Source: Octopus sinensis (lineage: Eukaryota). Taken from it: 64,000 nucleotides of DNA. Positions within the stretch are counted from its first letter, which is position 1. Each line of letters starts with the position of its first letter. The notes beneath the pieces were generated by a model. The model saw only the letters and a list, made by a program, of their open reading frames with translations, did no database searches and was not told the DNA's origin. The translations under genes were made by a program, and so were the position numbers. Positions 1 through 11,332 of this stretch are shown piece by piece. The stretch spans positions 7,998,001 to 8,062,000 of the forward strand of contig NC_042997.1 of assembly GCF_006345805.1 (NCBI RefSeq). The letters are read 5' to 3'.

Positions 1-2169
1 TTATGGAAATTGATAAATAGAATAGGATTCAAAGTTTAATGTTTATAAGGATTAGTTATCACTTGAATATCAATTACTAGAAATATACATGCGTATCAAA
101 TTATTTAAAATCTAATGTATTGATAGTGTTCAACTTTCTCCAAACTGGTATTTCTTCACTTACTTCAAATTTTTTACGTACACTATAAACTCATTTCTTT
201 AAAAAGTATTTGTTTAATTTGTTCGACTCTTCCCATTCATATCATACTTTAAAATATATCTCACTAATATTCATTTATGGCTTTTTGTATTTTATCAACA
301 TTTTCTTTCATTGTATTATGGTAGTTATATAATACTTTGTTTTTAAAAAGACATAAGGCAAAAGTTCTCGTAATGATACAATGACAGTATCTTATATTCA
401 GCTAACTATATACCTCAAAATTTCTAAGATTCATTTACTGTTAAATTTTCTGGAAAATAATTCCCAAAAGGGACTTGCACAGGCAGTTATAAAAGAATAT
501 GATTACAAATTATGCGTTATTCTTACGTGTAATACGTGTTACTGCATCAGTTAAAATTTCATATTAGTTTTATGCTACGTAGATAGACATAACCTCTAGA
601 TTTCGACATGCACTTTGTTTCAAACTTATCACTTAAGAATTTTGTCATTTTACAGTGTAAAAAAAAGGCAATCACATTTTCAATGGATATGATAGTTGAT
701 GCAATCCCTAAATCAGAATACTTATCCAATTCAGAATTATTCCCACATTTTCTTGTATCGGGTCACGTATTGCCAAATTTGTGTATTGTATTTGTATCAT
801 TATCAAAAATACTTGTTTTCAATGTATTATTGTAACGACTGGAAAGATAATGTAGAAATCATGTTTTCAACCAAGAAACAGAAATAGGATTTATTTGAAA
901 TGTAAGTGAAAATAATGAAATGCAATCATGGCACACAATTGAACTTCATCTGGGAGCAATTTTCTATTCTCGGACGTTCACAATCTTTTCATATTTTGTA
1001 TCATATGAATGGTAAAAATAGCGCGCTTGTAATCTAGAAATCGAACAATACTTGTATTCTCAATCTTTACATTGATTGAACATTATTAAAATAATCGCCC
1101 AGGGAATAGTCAATGTGTTTCATAAATGACAAGTAGAATTATTCCTTAAACAGTTTATTTGCAAAATGAATAGCACAATTGTTTGTTAAAAGTGTTCTCC
1201 AAATATTATATATTGTAATTGAAATTGCGTTACTTTCGGCTATGTGTACCATTGAACTAAAACAGTCATCACCACTAAAGGCTTGTTCCTCATGGTGAGT
1301 GCCAAAGGAAGTAAACTTCGTGCTGATACTCTCACCCTCCCACTTCTTGTCGCTCTCCAAATTGATAATACGTATGTCAATATGATATGATATTTTATGT
1401 TTAATAGCTCAGTAACTAATGTAATCTGATTCACGCAAAGAACTTGCTGGTAACTTGAATTTAATCGTAAAAATATTATACATTTCTATGGTTCATGCAT
1501 ATTCATCCCCTCACTACATCTGTCCCGACATTCAAAAGTAATATTATTTAAGTTTGCCTATCAACAGGATTAGGTTTTCATTAACAATATTAATATACTC
1601 ATTTTTAATTACATACAAGAATTTAGAAACATTTAATTCATTGAGCATCAAATATACTTGAAATACTTGGTGATATATCGATTCGAATATTGCTTTAATT
1701 TTTATTTTTAAAATTGTAAAAATACATTGGCGTTAAAGTATAATAGAGTGTATGTTATAGTAATGTATGAAATTTTAGCAACAAATTGTTTTATCAACCA
1801 CAATTAATCGGAGATTTTTCTTCTGTTGCGGCTTGTCTATATATTATTCAGGCAAAACTTGTTTAAGTTATTCAATCTATCATACAATTTTTTAGGTAAG
1901 TAGTATAAGATGTAAAGATTACCAGCTACTTCAAGTGTATCAAGTATTAGTGGCTACGTCTTTGACAAGTCAGAACGTATGTTCGTAGCGAGTCCATAGA
2001 AACTATATCCACATTATGCATTTCCTCATTATAGAGTTTTTGACTCGGCCTAGATAAGTCATTCGTTGAGCATGAATAGCAAAACTTGATTGCTGAGAGT
2101 TGCAGGAATTAGGAACGTATAGAATGAAAACTATTTCAGTGTTCATATATATAAATACATACATATGTA

Positions 2170-2549
2170 CACTACTGTCAGAAATTAATTAGCACCCTTG
2201 ATGTGCTCTTCACTCAAGGTATGTGCTGTCACCTAGTGGCCATATCTCGAACTATTGCTTTGTTGCGAGTTCACTGTTGCGCAGAACGATGACGTAACTT
2301 TGTTTGCAGAGCAGTTTGAGAGTCTACAGCCTTATGATGTTGACATAGCAGTGCAACAACAACTTGGAGTGCGGATGCAGACAAATCTTCCTTTGTTTAA
2401 TAGATATAGGTAGCGCCTCGCAAGGACCGAAATCACACCATACTAAGTTTTCTCATCGCGTAAGACGTTTTGAACAGCTCATAGGTTAATTGATTTAACC
2501 TATTTAATGTAGAAATTTGAGAAGTGCTAATTAATTTCTGACGCAAGTG
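2170..2549. mobile_element. Tc1/mariner-type MITE, copy 1 (380 bp)
   Basis: Terminal inverted repeats CACT(ACT/TGC)GTCAGAAATTAATTAGCAC at both ends, flanked by TA on each side (2168-2169, 2550-2551). No ORF. Near-identical second copy at 10343-10719. Confidence 0.9.
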
Positions 2550-3250
2550 TACGTGTGTGAGTGTCTGCGTACGTACCTAATTCTATTTCTCTCTCCCTCT
2601 CTTTCTCTTTCTCTCCATATATATATGTGTGCGTGTGTGTGTATACATGCATATGTGTGTGTATACATAGATGCATGCACATAAGTATGAATGTAAGCAT
2701 GTATGCACGTAGAGGAGCTTTGGAACTTTGCCCACAGTCAATTAGGGAATCTCCCGTTTCCTCTAGAGCCCTTAAATCATACCTTTCTACCTTAAAACGG
2801 AAATGTTGTATAATGTAACTCCTGCGCAAAAGAAACATGCAAGATATTTACGATTGGAGTAACTTGGATAATATATCTGTCCCATCAGTCATAACTTAGA
2901 AATGAAACAAACAGAAAAAAATGTACATTAATTTTAGATTATTTTCGATTATACAGTACTCCAAGATAAACTATTCAAATACAGAGAAATCTAGTTTTAT
3001 TTAGGAGCTATTATCAAAAATAAGACCAGAATGGACATAATAGATATTGTTTTCGATAAATTGTTCACAGTAATCAGGCAACATATTTTCTTCCATCTTC
3101 AAATCAACTAATGAACCACGCGGAACAGCGAAAGAAGACAACGGTAATAAAATAATATGAGACTGGACAAAAGTAACAAAATAATGAGCTAGTAGTCACA
3201 ATTCCAGAACTCTATATTCATTTAGAATGGTTAATATATATATATATATA

Positions 3251-5009
3251 CTAGCAGAAATACCCGTTGTTGTTCGGATAATTACTATTACTGTTTCTCG
3301 GGTGGAGAAGCTAGAAAAATGGGTATGCTATATAGAAGACTAGCTTTACAGAATCCAGTTGACTGCGATGGCACTAAAGCGGCTGCAGGTCAAGTGGAAC
3401 ATCACTGTCCATACCGAAAATGTATTGCACGTCATACATTTCTTTGGTGTTCATTCTTTGACGGTCTTTTTTTAGTAGACATTTTTTTATTAGGAATAGC
3501 AGTAAGTAATAATGAAATGAAATTACAAATGCTGTGTCCTGTCAGTGTTAGTGCTGAAATTCCGACGCAATTATATAGGGATGGAATGCAACGCAAGAGT
3601 AAGTAATACTCCAAGGAATTTACAAATGCCGTGTCCTGTCAGTCAGATTTAGATCTACTCGTCTTGCATGTGTGTATTGAATAAGAGAAAAATATGTAAT
3701 AATTGAAGTAGGGAAAAGATGGATTTCATATGCGAATTCTGTTTGTTCTTCAAGTTGCAATCCAGCAAGTTTTAGTGTTTGGCCCTGACTTTTATTAATG
3801 CTCATGGCAAAAGAAAGTGGGATAGGAAAGTGTAAGGGCTTAAATTTCAATGGGACATTTGATGGTATAACTGGACGCTATATTACAAAAGTGGAAGGCA
3901 AGGCAACAGTAAGTAGTAGTCCAATTAAATTATAAATGCTGTGTCCTGTCAATCAGATTTAGGCTTACTAGTCCTGTATGCGTGTATTATATAGGAGAAA
4001 AACATGTAATAATTGAAGTAGAAAAAACATGGATTTCAAATACGAACTTCTGTTTGTTCTTCAAGTCGCAATCCAGCTACTTTTAGTGCTTGATCCTGAC
4101 TTTCGTTAATGCTTTAAGATATACCCATTTCTCTGAGAAGCTAGAGAAATGGGTATATCATAAAGAAGAATAGCTTGACTAAATCCAAGTGACTGCGATA
4201 GTATTGAAAACGCTACAGGTCAAGTGGAACATCCATTTGTCACTGTTCCTTTTTGACGTTTGAATAAGCGGTATATCGTGAATGAAGCTAAAGAATAGCT
4301 ATATCATATATAAGAATGGCTTTAAAGAAACCAGGTGTCTTTGCGATAGCACGGAAAAGGCCACAGGTGAAATGGAATACCTATTTGTCATAGTTTCTTT
4401 TCACATTTGAATAGGGCATATGCCAAAGGAGAATTGAAAGGTTCAGTTTCAAATCTGAACCAGAGTGAGACTGCGACTACAGATTTAGGATTGCGCGTGT
4501 TACATCCTCGTTTTCTGCTGCAGTCGTACGTTTGTTTGGTGTTCGTTTTTTTTGGTCTTTTTTAGCAGGCATTTTTTTATTAGGAATATCAGTAAGTAAT
4601 AGTGAAACAAAATTACAAATGCTGTGCCCTCTGTCGCGGGTCAGTGCTGAAATTCCGACGTCATATTTCAGGAATGGAAGTTAAGGCAGGGGTAAGCAAT
4701 CATTCAATGATATTACAAATGTTGTGTCCTCTCAGTCAGATTTAGGTTCACTCGTCCTGTATGTGTGTATTATATGAGAGAAAACGGAATAATTGAAGTA
4801 GGGAAAAGATAGATTTCATATACGAACTTCTGTTTAATCTTCAAGTTGCAATCTAGAAACTTTTTGCATTTGACCCTAACTTTTATTAATGTTCATGGCG
4901 AAAGAAAATGGGATAGGAAACTGTAATGCCTTAAATTTGAATGGGACATTAGATGGTATATCTGTATGCGAAGAACGAAGACGGTGTCACGTTTACTACA
5001 AGCAGTGAG

Positions 5010-5046
<37 letters not shown>
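3251..5046 (-). mobile_element. Non-autonomous Helitron derivative with internally triplicated RepHel helicase C-terminal fragments
   Basis: Minus-strand 3' end is a CCG-AACAACAA-CGG hairpin followed by CTAG|T (CTAG at 3251-3254). ORF 3620-3850(-) reads FPIPLSFAMSINKSQGQTLKLAGLQLEE, matching the PIF1-like helicase motif of Helitron RepHel. The same block recurs at about 3935-4110 and 4720-4970. The 5' end (TC near 5045-5046, next to a TA tract) is uncertain. Confidence 0.8.
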
Positions 5047-5048
<2 letters not shown>

Positions 5049-5109
5049 GATCCTCACAAATGCAAAATTATTTTCTAAAATAACGGACGCAAAATTGCAA
5101 CAAATGTGG

Positions 5110-5890
5110 TCGACCAAATTGCTCAACATGCCTAAAAGTTCTTGAAGGATCAGAATTCCTTTTCAAAAGAGGGACAAAAGTTCAAATTCAAATCTGAATT
5201 TACTTGTGCCTCAGAAAACCTGATTGGGTTGATACTGTTCAATAATCTTTTGAATTTCAAGAGTTTGTGTTTTCATATGTAGTGGATGAAACAGTCGTCT
5301 AGGAAGCTTTTCCAATTTCTTTTTTATGTATTAGGAATGAGAATTTCCAAAGGTAGATAAAGATTCCTGGTATATTATTATTTTCAGAGAGCCTATTGTT
5401 AAGTTTGCAATGAGTGGGGCTGCCCTAGTACTCATCGCAATTCCGAATTTTTGTTATTAAAACATGTTGTCAAACATAAAGCGGTTGTTTCGTAAGATGA
5501 TTTCAGCCGAGTCAATTATGAATTCTTTCCGGTATTTCTTACGGATATTGGTTCAGCCAGGACTGCATTGCCTGTAAACTATAATTATGAGGTACTGGTA
5601 TATAAATTAATCACATCAAATGAAACTATGATTGTTTCTTCCTTTTTTAGAAGGTGATTTAACATGTCCAAGTCAACTCTGATATAGCTATTTATGTGTT
5701 TAAGAATGGGTATCAGGTGGATGTCCATAAATAGATTTTATCTGTGTTTCACTGGCTGGGCCAGTTATATAATGCGTCGTAATTTTAGGCTCCCTGGGGT
5801 TGGTCTATGTATATACGTCTTTGAAGTGAGCATATTGAGAAATGTGCAAAGCAACTGCTTCCATAATTTGTAATCATTCCATTTTATCAT
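5110..5890 (-). pseudogene. Degraded Penelope-like element reverse transcriptase fragment
   Basis: Frameshifted minus-strand translation gives LKLRRII..ILKHINSYIRVDLDMLNHL..EETIIVSFDVINLYTS..EFIIDSAEIILRNNRFMFDN..GIAMSTRAAPLIANL..WKSFLDDCFI..LLNSINP. These are PLE RT motifs (SFDV.NLYT, G.AMG...AP..ANL, Y/FLDD). Confidence 0.85.
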
Positions 5891-6421
5891 TGTGCTACTG
5901 GAACACCAACGCAAGTTAGATTAAATAAAGAAACCTACTTTATTGAAAAATGTAAGCCAAAACCTAAGCAGTTCTAGCATTTTTAAATAAGCCAAAACCT
6001 AAACATTTTTAGCATTTTCAAACTTACCTCATTGGAAAAAATATAAAGCAACACTTCTAACATTCTATTCTTTCCAAACTAAATCATATCAAATTATTAA
6101 AATCTAGTTATTTCCAACATTTTTGATTATCTCCCTTAAACCGAAAAAATCTTTGATTACCTTCCCCAGTCTGGAACTCTCATACTTCACATCATAGCAA
6201 GAGATGACACAATATCGGTAAAGAAATTTCAGAAATTGGAAAAGAAAATACGAAACCGGTTATTTCTCCAAAATCAATGTTACTATGTGCAAAATTTTAT
6301 ATCATTTTTCTAACATAAGGTTTTAAATATATTTTGTAACTATATACGTAACATAAGTAGTTTTTCACATTATTTTCTTTTATATATCCAAGCACGTGCT
6401 TTCATATACCCACTCTCTCAC

Positions 6422-6486
6422 CAATATATATATAATATATATATATTATATATATATATATATATATGTGTATGTATGTTTGTATG

Positions 6487-6522
<36 letters not shown>

Positions 6523-6524
6523 AT

Positions 6525-6555
<31 letters not shown>

Positions 6556-6558
6556 ATA

Positions 6559-6591
<33 letters not shown>

Positions 6592-6775
6592 CGTATGTAT
6601 GTGTATATATATGTATATATATATATATATTCATATATGTGTGTCTGTGTATGTATAGAACTTTAATAACTTTTATATGTTTCGCCCAGTATATATATAT
6701 ATATATATATATGCATATATATATATATTATGTATATGTATACGGACGTATATATGTATGCATGTATGTATAGGT
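6422..6775. repeat. Compound (TA)n/(TATG)n microsatellite
   Basis: Direct reading. Similar tracts lie at about 14900-15062, 15865-15970, 16525-16866, 19430-19820, 26480-26647, 26946-27085, 27858-27992, 31424-31690, 33725-33850, 36365-36552, 48485-48600, 50260-50485 and 56718-57000. Confidence 0.97.
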
Positions 6776-6939
6776 AAAACATTCTTTTTTAAAATACAGG
6801 ATTCCTTATCTCATTAGAGAATGAATATGATGAAATAAATATCGTGGATGTTATTAAAGACCTTAGCAAAAGACTATATCATCCGTACCACAATCTATAT
6901 TAAAACTTTTTATACGTGAATCGGAAATCCAATCATCCT

Positions 6940-7075
6940 AAAACTATCCAATCGTCCTAAATACTATTATTAGGATTGACTCCCTTAGACCTTCTGGACT
7001 GAAAGGAAACGTTTATACCACATGACTGTATGGCTTTACCTGAAGCTGGTTATAATGTCTTGCAAACAACTTGCA
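6940..7075 (+). mobile_element. Possible PLE GIY-YIG endonuclease C-terminus plus start of 3' tail (degraded)
   Basis: IIRIDSLRPSGLKGNVYTT* resembles the PLE endonuclease end (..I.RL.SL.P.GLN). It is followed by CTGAAGC..CAAAC, a possible decayed hammerhead core. Confidence 0.35.
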
Positions 7076-7089
7076 GATGCAAGTGCTAC

Positions 7090-7575
7090 AAGTTAAAAGC
7101 CTCGTATATCGGAAGCTAGCTAGTGTATGCGGTCATCAGGAGAGAATGCGCGCCGTTTCGGGGCCTACCTCTCGACGGCATCAATGCGCACCGGCCCCCT
7201 CACTGGTATGAGGCCCTGCTTGCTAGATCAGCTGGTTATGAAGAACTCAATATACTTCTAGCCATCGCTCATCGTCTCTTGTTAACCAAATCCAGTGGCT
7301 AGCCTTCTCCACTGTAGATTGGATATCAGTCATGGTGGTATTGACTTAGCGATGAGTTAGGCCTAACGATAACAACAGTCGTCTCACGCTGTGTCCTACA
7401 AACCCTCTACATCCGACTTCGATTGGAAAACGTTCCGCTTTCCAGCCTGCGTCTTCACATTCCTCGAGGAGGTTTTCATACCGGTTTAATTTTCGAGCTC
7501 GAGCGGCGTCCATATTATCTTCGTGAGGAACCGTTAGCTCGACTATATTTACAACAATATATTTGGGTGATGAAT
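7090..7575 (-). mobile_element. HERO-like (REL-endonuclease) non-LTR retrotransposon, 3' end with 3' UTR
   Basis: ORF 7346-7774(-) contains IVELTVPHEDNMDAARARKLNRYENLLEECEDAGWKAERFPIEVGCRGFVGHSV. After an in-frame stop it continues ..VEKASHWIWLTRDDERW. ELTVP.E, P.EVGCRGF and ASHW.W are typical of HERO-type REL domains (family assignment from memory). Confidence 0.75.
7126..7190 (-). ncRNA. Hammerhead-like motif, non-circularly permuted order, in the HERO-like 3' UTR (helix II poorly formed)
   Basis: Minus strand: UGCCGU-C-GAGAGG-UAGGCCCC-GAAA-CGGCG-CGCAU-UCUCUC-CUGAUGA-CCGCAUAC. Helix III is UGCCGU/ACGGCG, the triplet is GUC, and helix I is GAGAGG/UCUCUC. Confidence 0.5.
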
Positions 7576-8283
7576 GGAACCCTAAAGAGAAGAGACTGAG
7601 AGTACTATACTGGCAGCGCCTGCCCAAGCTTTGGCCACGAACTGGAGGGTCAACCTTAGCAATGAGCAAGTGGGTCCGCTGTATCGCTTCTGCAAAACAG
7701 TGGATGAAACCATTGCCCATATCACGAACGAATACCATAGGCATGCCGAAAACAACTATAAGTTGTGGCGACACGACCAGGTAGTGAAAGTGCTAGATTG
7801 GAAACTGTGCAATAAGTGGGGGCTAGAGAGAGGTAACACGTGGTATGAGTATGGCAGAGTCGGAGACTAGCAAAATCCTCTGGGATTTCCCAATCTGAGC
7901 AGATCAGATACTAAACTATAACAGACCGGACCTAGCGGTAGAGGACAAAGTGCACCGCATATGCTATATAGTTGATGTTGCACGCCCCTTTGTTCCACGA
8001 ATAGTCAAGGAAGACGAAGCGATGGATAGATAGATACAACTCTCTTAAATGCAAATTAACCCGGTTATGAAAATTGAAGAAGGTGAAGATGGTGCCAATC
8101 ATTATTTTGTCCTTGGGAACAGTATCAGAAGGCATCGTGAGGAACATCAAGGATATTTGAGTAGAGTGCTCAGTAGAACTGTTGCAAAAGTTTGCCTCCT
8201 TGGCCCGGCCAGAATAATCAGGAAGTAAGCCCACTAAAGATGCAAGACTCCAGGACCTCCAGCAAAATCTGTGATAAAGAGAA
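7575..8283 (+). mobile_element. R4/Dong-like non-LTR retrotransposon 3' end, family A (degraded)
   Basis: Frameshifted translation: KRETESTILAA..ALATNWR..LYRFCKTVDETIAHI..RHDQVVKVLDWKLCNKWGL..KILWDFPI..NRPDLAVEDK..CYIVDVA..KMVPIII.SLGTV. This is the CCHC knuckle plus PD..D REL nuclease. It ends directly in (TAA)n at 8284. Confidence 0.85.
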
Positions 8284-8333
<50 letters not shown>

Positions 8334-8343
8334 TAATAATAAT
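8284..8343. repeat. (TAA)n microsatellite between two Dong-like elements
   Basis: Direct reading. Further tracts at 9384-9411 and 9862-9970 (with a (GAT)n insert). Confidence 0.97.
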
Positions 8344-8344
8344 G

Positions 8345-9383
8345 ATACCCAAACTGAACAACCCGAGGGAAGTACGGCAACTATTGTTGCAAAGAAGGTG
8401 AAAAAGATGGCGACGAAAGAAGCGCACGACGAGCAATTGGCTGATAGGTGGAGGAGAAACCTCTGCACGGCAAATATGTGACCCGCAGCAAACAAGCTGA
8501 TGTTGACCAGAAGCAAACCCATCAGTGGCTACGGAGTCAGGGCTAAAAGCAGAGAGCGAAGGTTTCATCCTGGCTGCTCAAGATCAAAGCCTATTAATCG
8601 GAACTACCAGGCCAATGTGATGAAAAATGGAGCAGACCCAAAATGCCGATTCTGCAACGACATGATTGAAACAGTGGACCACCTAATCTCTGGATGTAAA
8701 GTCTTAGCACCAGTGGAGTATAAATTAAGACATGACAGAGTTGGCCAATATCTCCACTGGCTAATAAGTCGGCATTACAATATCAAAACTGCCGACAAGT
8801 GGTATAATCACCACCCTGAGGCTGTAACTGAAGGAGAAATGTAACCATTCTGTGGGACTTTCCAGTACATACAGACCGAACCATCAAGGCCAATAAATCA
8901 GATATTGTAGTGAAAGACCAAAACAATAAAGTTTGCTTATTGATCGACATGAGCATCCCCTGTGATCATAATATCTCAGCGAAAGAGTTTGACAAGCTCA
9001 GAAAATATAAAGACCTACTCATTGAAATTGAGAAAATGTGGCATCTCAAGGCGGTTACAATACCAGTGATCGTAGGAGCACTAGGAATGATCAAGAAGGG
9101 AACCGAAAATTATATGAGAATGATCCTGGCTTACCATCCCTGCAAGAAGTGCAAAAGATTGTCTTAACTGGTACATCACACGTATTGAGAGAGCATTGTC
9201 GATGTGAGAACTGTTGCTGCTCATGTATTTTAATTTAACTTAAAAAAAAAAATTTAAAAAAATGAACGAACTACTGAGTTTGGTTTAAACGCCTACCAAT
9301 ATACACTATGAGTTTCTTTGCCCTAGGAGTCGGGAAGACACTCGGCAAGAAATGGAAGAAAATTTGAAAGAAGAAAAAAAAAG
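8345..9383 (+). mobile_element. R4/Dong-like non-LTR retrotransposon 3' third, family B, 5'-truncated, in a (TAA)n target
   Basis: Joined frames: KPLHGKY..THQWLRSQGLKAESEGFILAAQDQSL..RNYQANVMKNGADPKCRFCNDMIETVDHLISGCKVLAPVEYKLRHDRVGQYLHWLI..TILWDFPVHTDRTIKANKSDIVVKD..CLLIDMSIPCD..KYKDLLIEIEKMWHLKAVTIPVIVGALG..LQEVQKIVLTGTSHVLR. The 3' UTR ends ..GAAGAAAAAAAAAG(TAA)n, and TAA repeats lie on both sides. Confidence 0.92.
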
Positions 9384-9410
9384 TAATAATAATAATAATA
9401 ATAATAATAA

Positions 9411-9861
9411 TGGGCTACAGCAAATATTCTGCTCAATACCACAGATTTGCTTGTCAGTTATTTGACCTTAACCAGTTGAGCATGTCCCTTAGTGGCTGAC
9501 GATATGTGCATCTCTGATCACGAGCAGAAGTAGTGGGGGAGCATCATAGCCATGTGTTGAGAAGGATTCTTTGAGGTTTGAATAATTCACCTCTGGAAAC
9601 ATGGGTGCTTCGCTCAACGTCCTTAAACAACCCTTATTCAGGGACCTTTTGAGCGGGATGGGTTACTCGATCTGAAGAAAATTCTAACTGGGCTCCACCT
9701 GCAAGGTCATATGCTGTTTATGAGATCACCATGTCGCGCACATATGGTTGTGATGCATGTGCCTGGTGTACCCTTATCAGACGGGTAGTCATGATGGGTA
9801 TACTGGGCTTCGTATATTTTACCCCAGTGTCACTTTGATGGCATGCTCTGCTCGCTCACTC
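9411..9861 (+). mobile_element. About 450-bp non-coding interspersed element flanked by (TAA)n
   Basis: A GC-richer island with no credible ORF, sharply bounded by TAA repeats on both sides. It ends ..CTCACTC(AAT)n in the same polarity as the Dong-like elements. It resembles an abundant octopus repeat (recollection, not searched). Confidence 0.6.
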
Positions 9862-9880
9862 AATAATAATAATAATAATA

Positions 9881-9921
<41 letters not shown>

Positions 9922-9974
9922 ATTAATAATAATAATAAGTATTATTATTATTATTATCATCATTATTATTATAT

Positions 9975-10329
9975 GGGCATGGCGTGGATCGGTTACAAGA
10001 AAGCGTAACACATTCCTGGATTTAGAAAGTCTACAGCTGGTACAGACGTGTGTTATCATATCAATTTTAATAAGAGAATGAAAAAACTGGAATACAGTGT
10101 TAACTTCATGTGGAAGATTTGGCAAGGTTTAGCATCAAGATAGACAGAGTTCAAGAAGATTGCCTATCTCCATTGCTGTTTGTGATACGTATGCTAACCA
10201 TCACACAGATACTACGGAGTGTGACATCGGGGTACACGTTGAAACATGGAGGAAGACTAAATCATGTTATATATGGAAGATTTAAAGATTTTTGGAAAGA
10301 CCGAACGTGAAGCAAATGGCCTAGTCTCA
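9975..10329 (+). pseudogene. R4/Dong-like reverse transcriptase fragment
   Basis: MAWIGYKKA*..ESLQLV..WNTVLT..QEDCLSPLLFVIRMLTITQILRSVTSGYTLKHGGRLNH..(YMEDLKIFGKTEREANGLVS). These correspond to the AW.DY.KAYD, QGD.LSPLLF and YMDDLK motifs of R4-clade RT. Confidence 0.8.
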
Positions 10330-10342
10330 ATATATATATATA

Positions 10343-10719
10343 CACTACCGTCAGAAATTAATTAGCACCCTTGATTTGCTCTTCACTCAAGGTATGTGCT
10401 GTCACCTAGTGGCCATATCTCGAACTATTGCTTGTTGCGAGTTCACTGTTGCGCAGAACGATGACGTAACTTTGTTTGCAGAGCAGTTGAGAGTCTACAG
10501 CCTTATGATGTTGACATAGCAGTGCAACAACAACTTGGAGTGCGGATGCAGACAAATCTTCTGTGTTAATAGATATAGGTAGCGCCTCGCAAGGACCGAA
10601 ATCACACCATACTATGATTTTTCTCATCGCGTAAGACGTTTTGAACAGCTCATAGGTTAATTGATTTAACTATTTAATGTAGAAATTTGAGAAGTGCTAA
10701 TTAATTTCTGACGCAAGTG
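10343..10719. mobile_element. Tc1/mariner-type MITE, copy 2 (377 bp)
   Basis: Same TIRs and TA flanks (10341-10342, 10720-10721) as 2170-2549. It differs mainly by single-base homopolymer indels and a few substitutions. Confidence 0.9.
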
Positions 10720-10925
10720 TATGTATATATAGTGTAAACAGAGTTAGCAGTTATAGTTAGCGACTAAGGGATAAAATTTCCGTATATACTATCGGTACCT
10801 GTTACCTGTATTATTCTCTGGCATGGCATTGGTATCCAGGCATATTATGCAGGTAGAGTGCAGATAACTGGATAAGCAATAGATTATCAGGAACCAATGC
10901 AAATAATTAGAAAATGTAGAAAATC

Positions 10926-11332
10926 ACAGATTAACCAACACATCGATTGGACCACATTTATAGCTTATTTTTAAAACAAAGCATGACGTAACACAATAGG
11001 TGATGTAACATATCTTGCGGCCGTTACTGATCGGTTACCAAAATGCAGTCTATAAATAAATGCGAGAATAAAGTTCTTCATCTTCATAAAGTATTCGAAT
11101 TAAGGCAACGGATCTTCATCAGAGTAAGAAAAACTGATGAAGATCCGTTGCCTTAATTCGAATGCCCTATGAAGATAAAGAACTTTATTTTCGCATTTAT
11201 TTATTGACTGCAGTTTGGCAATATGATCAGTACCGGCCGTAAGATATGTTACGTCACCAATTTTGTTATATCATGCTTTGTATTAAAAATTAAACAATAA
11301 ATGTGGTTCAATACACGCGTTTGTTAATCTGT
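10926..11332. repeat. About 407-bp fold-back palindrome (two arms of about 197 bp, 11-nt spacer)
   Basis: The arms 10926-11122 and 11134-11332 are reverse complements. The inner 30 bp (11093-11122/11134-11163) are perfect and the outer parts are visibly diverged. Confidence 0.9.

Noticed and set aside
1139-1434. Overlapping minus-strand ORFs (MESDKKWEGES.. and MNQITLVTELL..)
   Set aside because: No recognisable motif, no convincing splice context, and short open frames are expected by chance.
9455-9545. Attempted HDV-like ribozyme fold in the TAA-flanked element (P1 GUCAGU/GCUGAC, P3 CAU/GUG)
   Set aside because: P2 cannot form next to P3 and J4/2 does not fit. The CUGACGA inside lacks a matching GAAA/UH geometry.
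9549-9680. C-B-A-like arrangement (CCAUGU..GAAACAUGG..CUGAAGA) in the same element
   Set aside because: Position 17 would be G, the spacer is about 70 nt, and helix II is absent.
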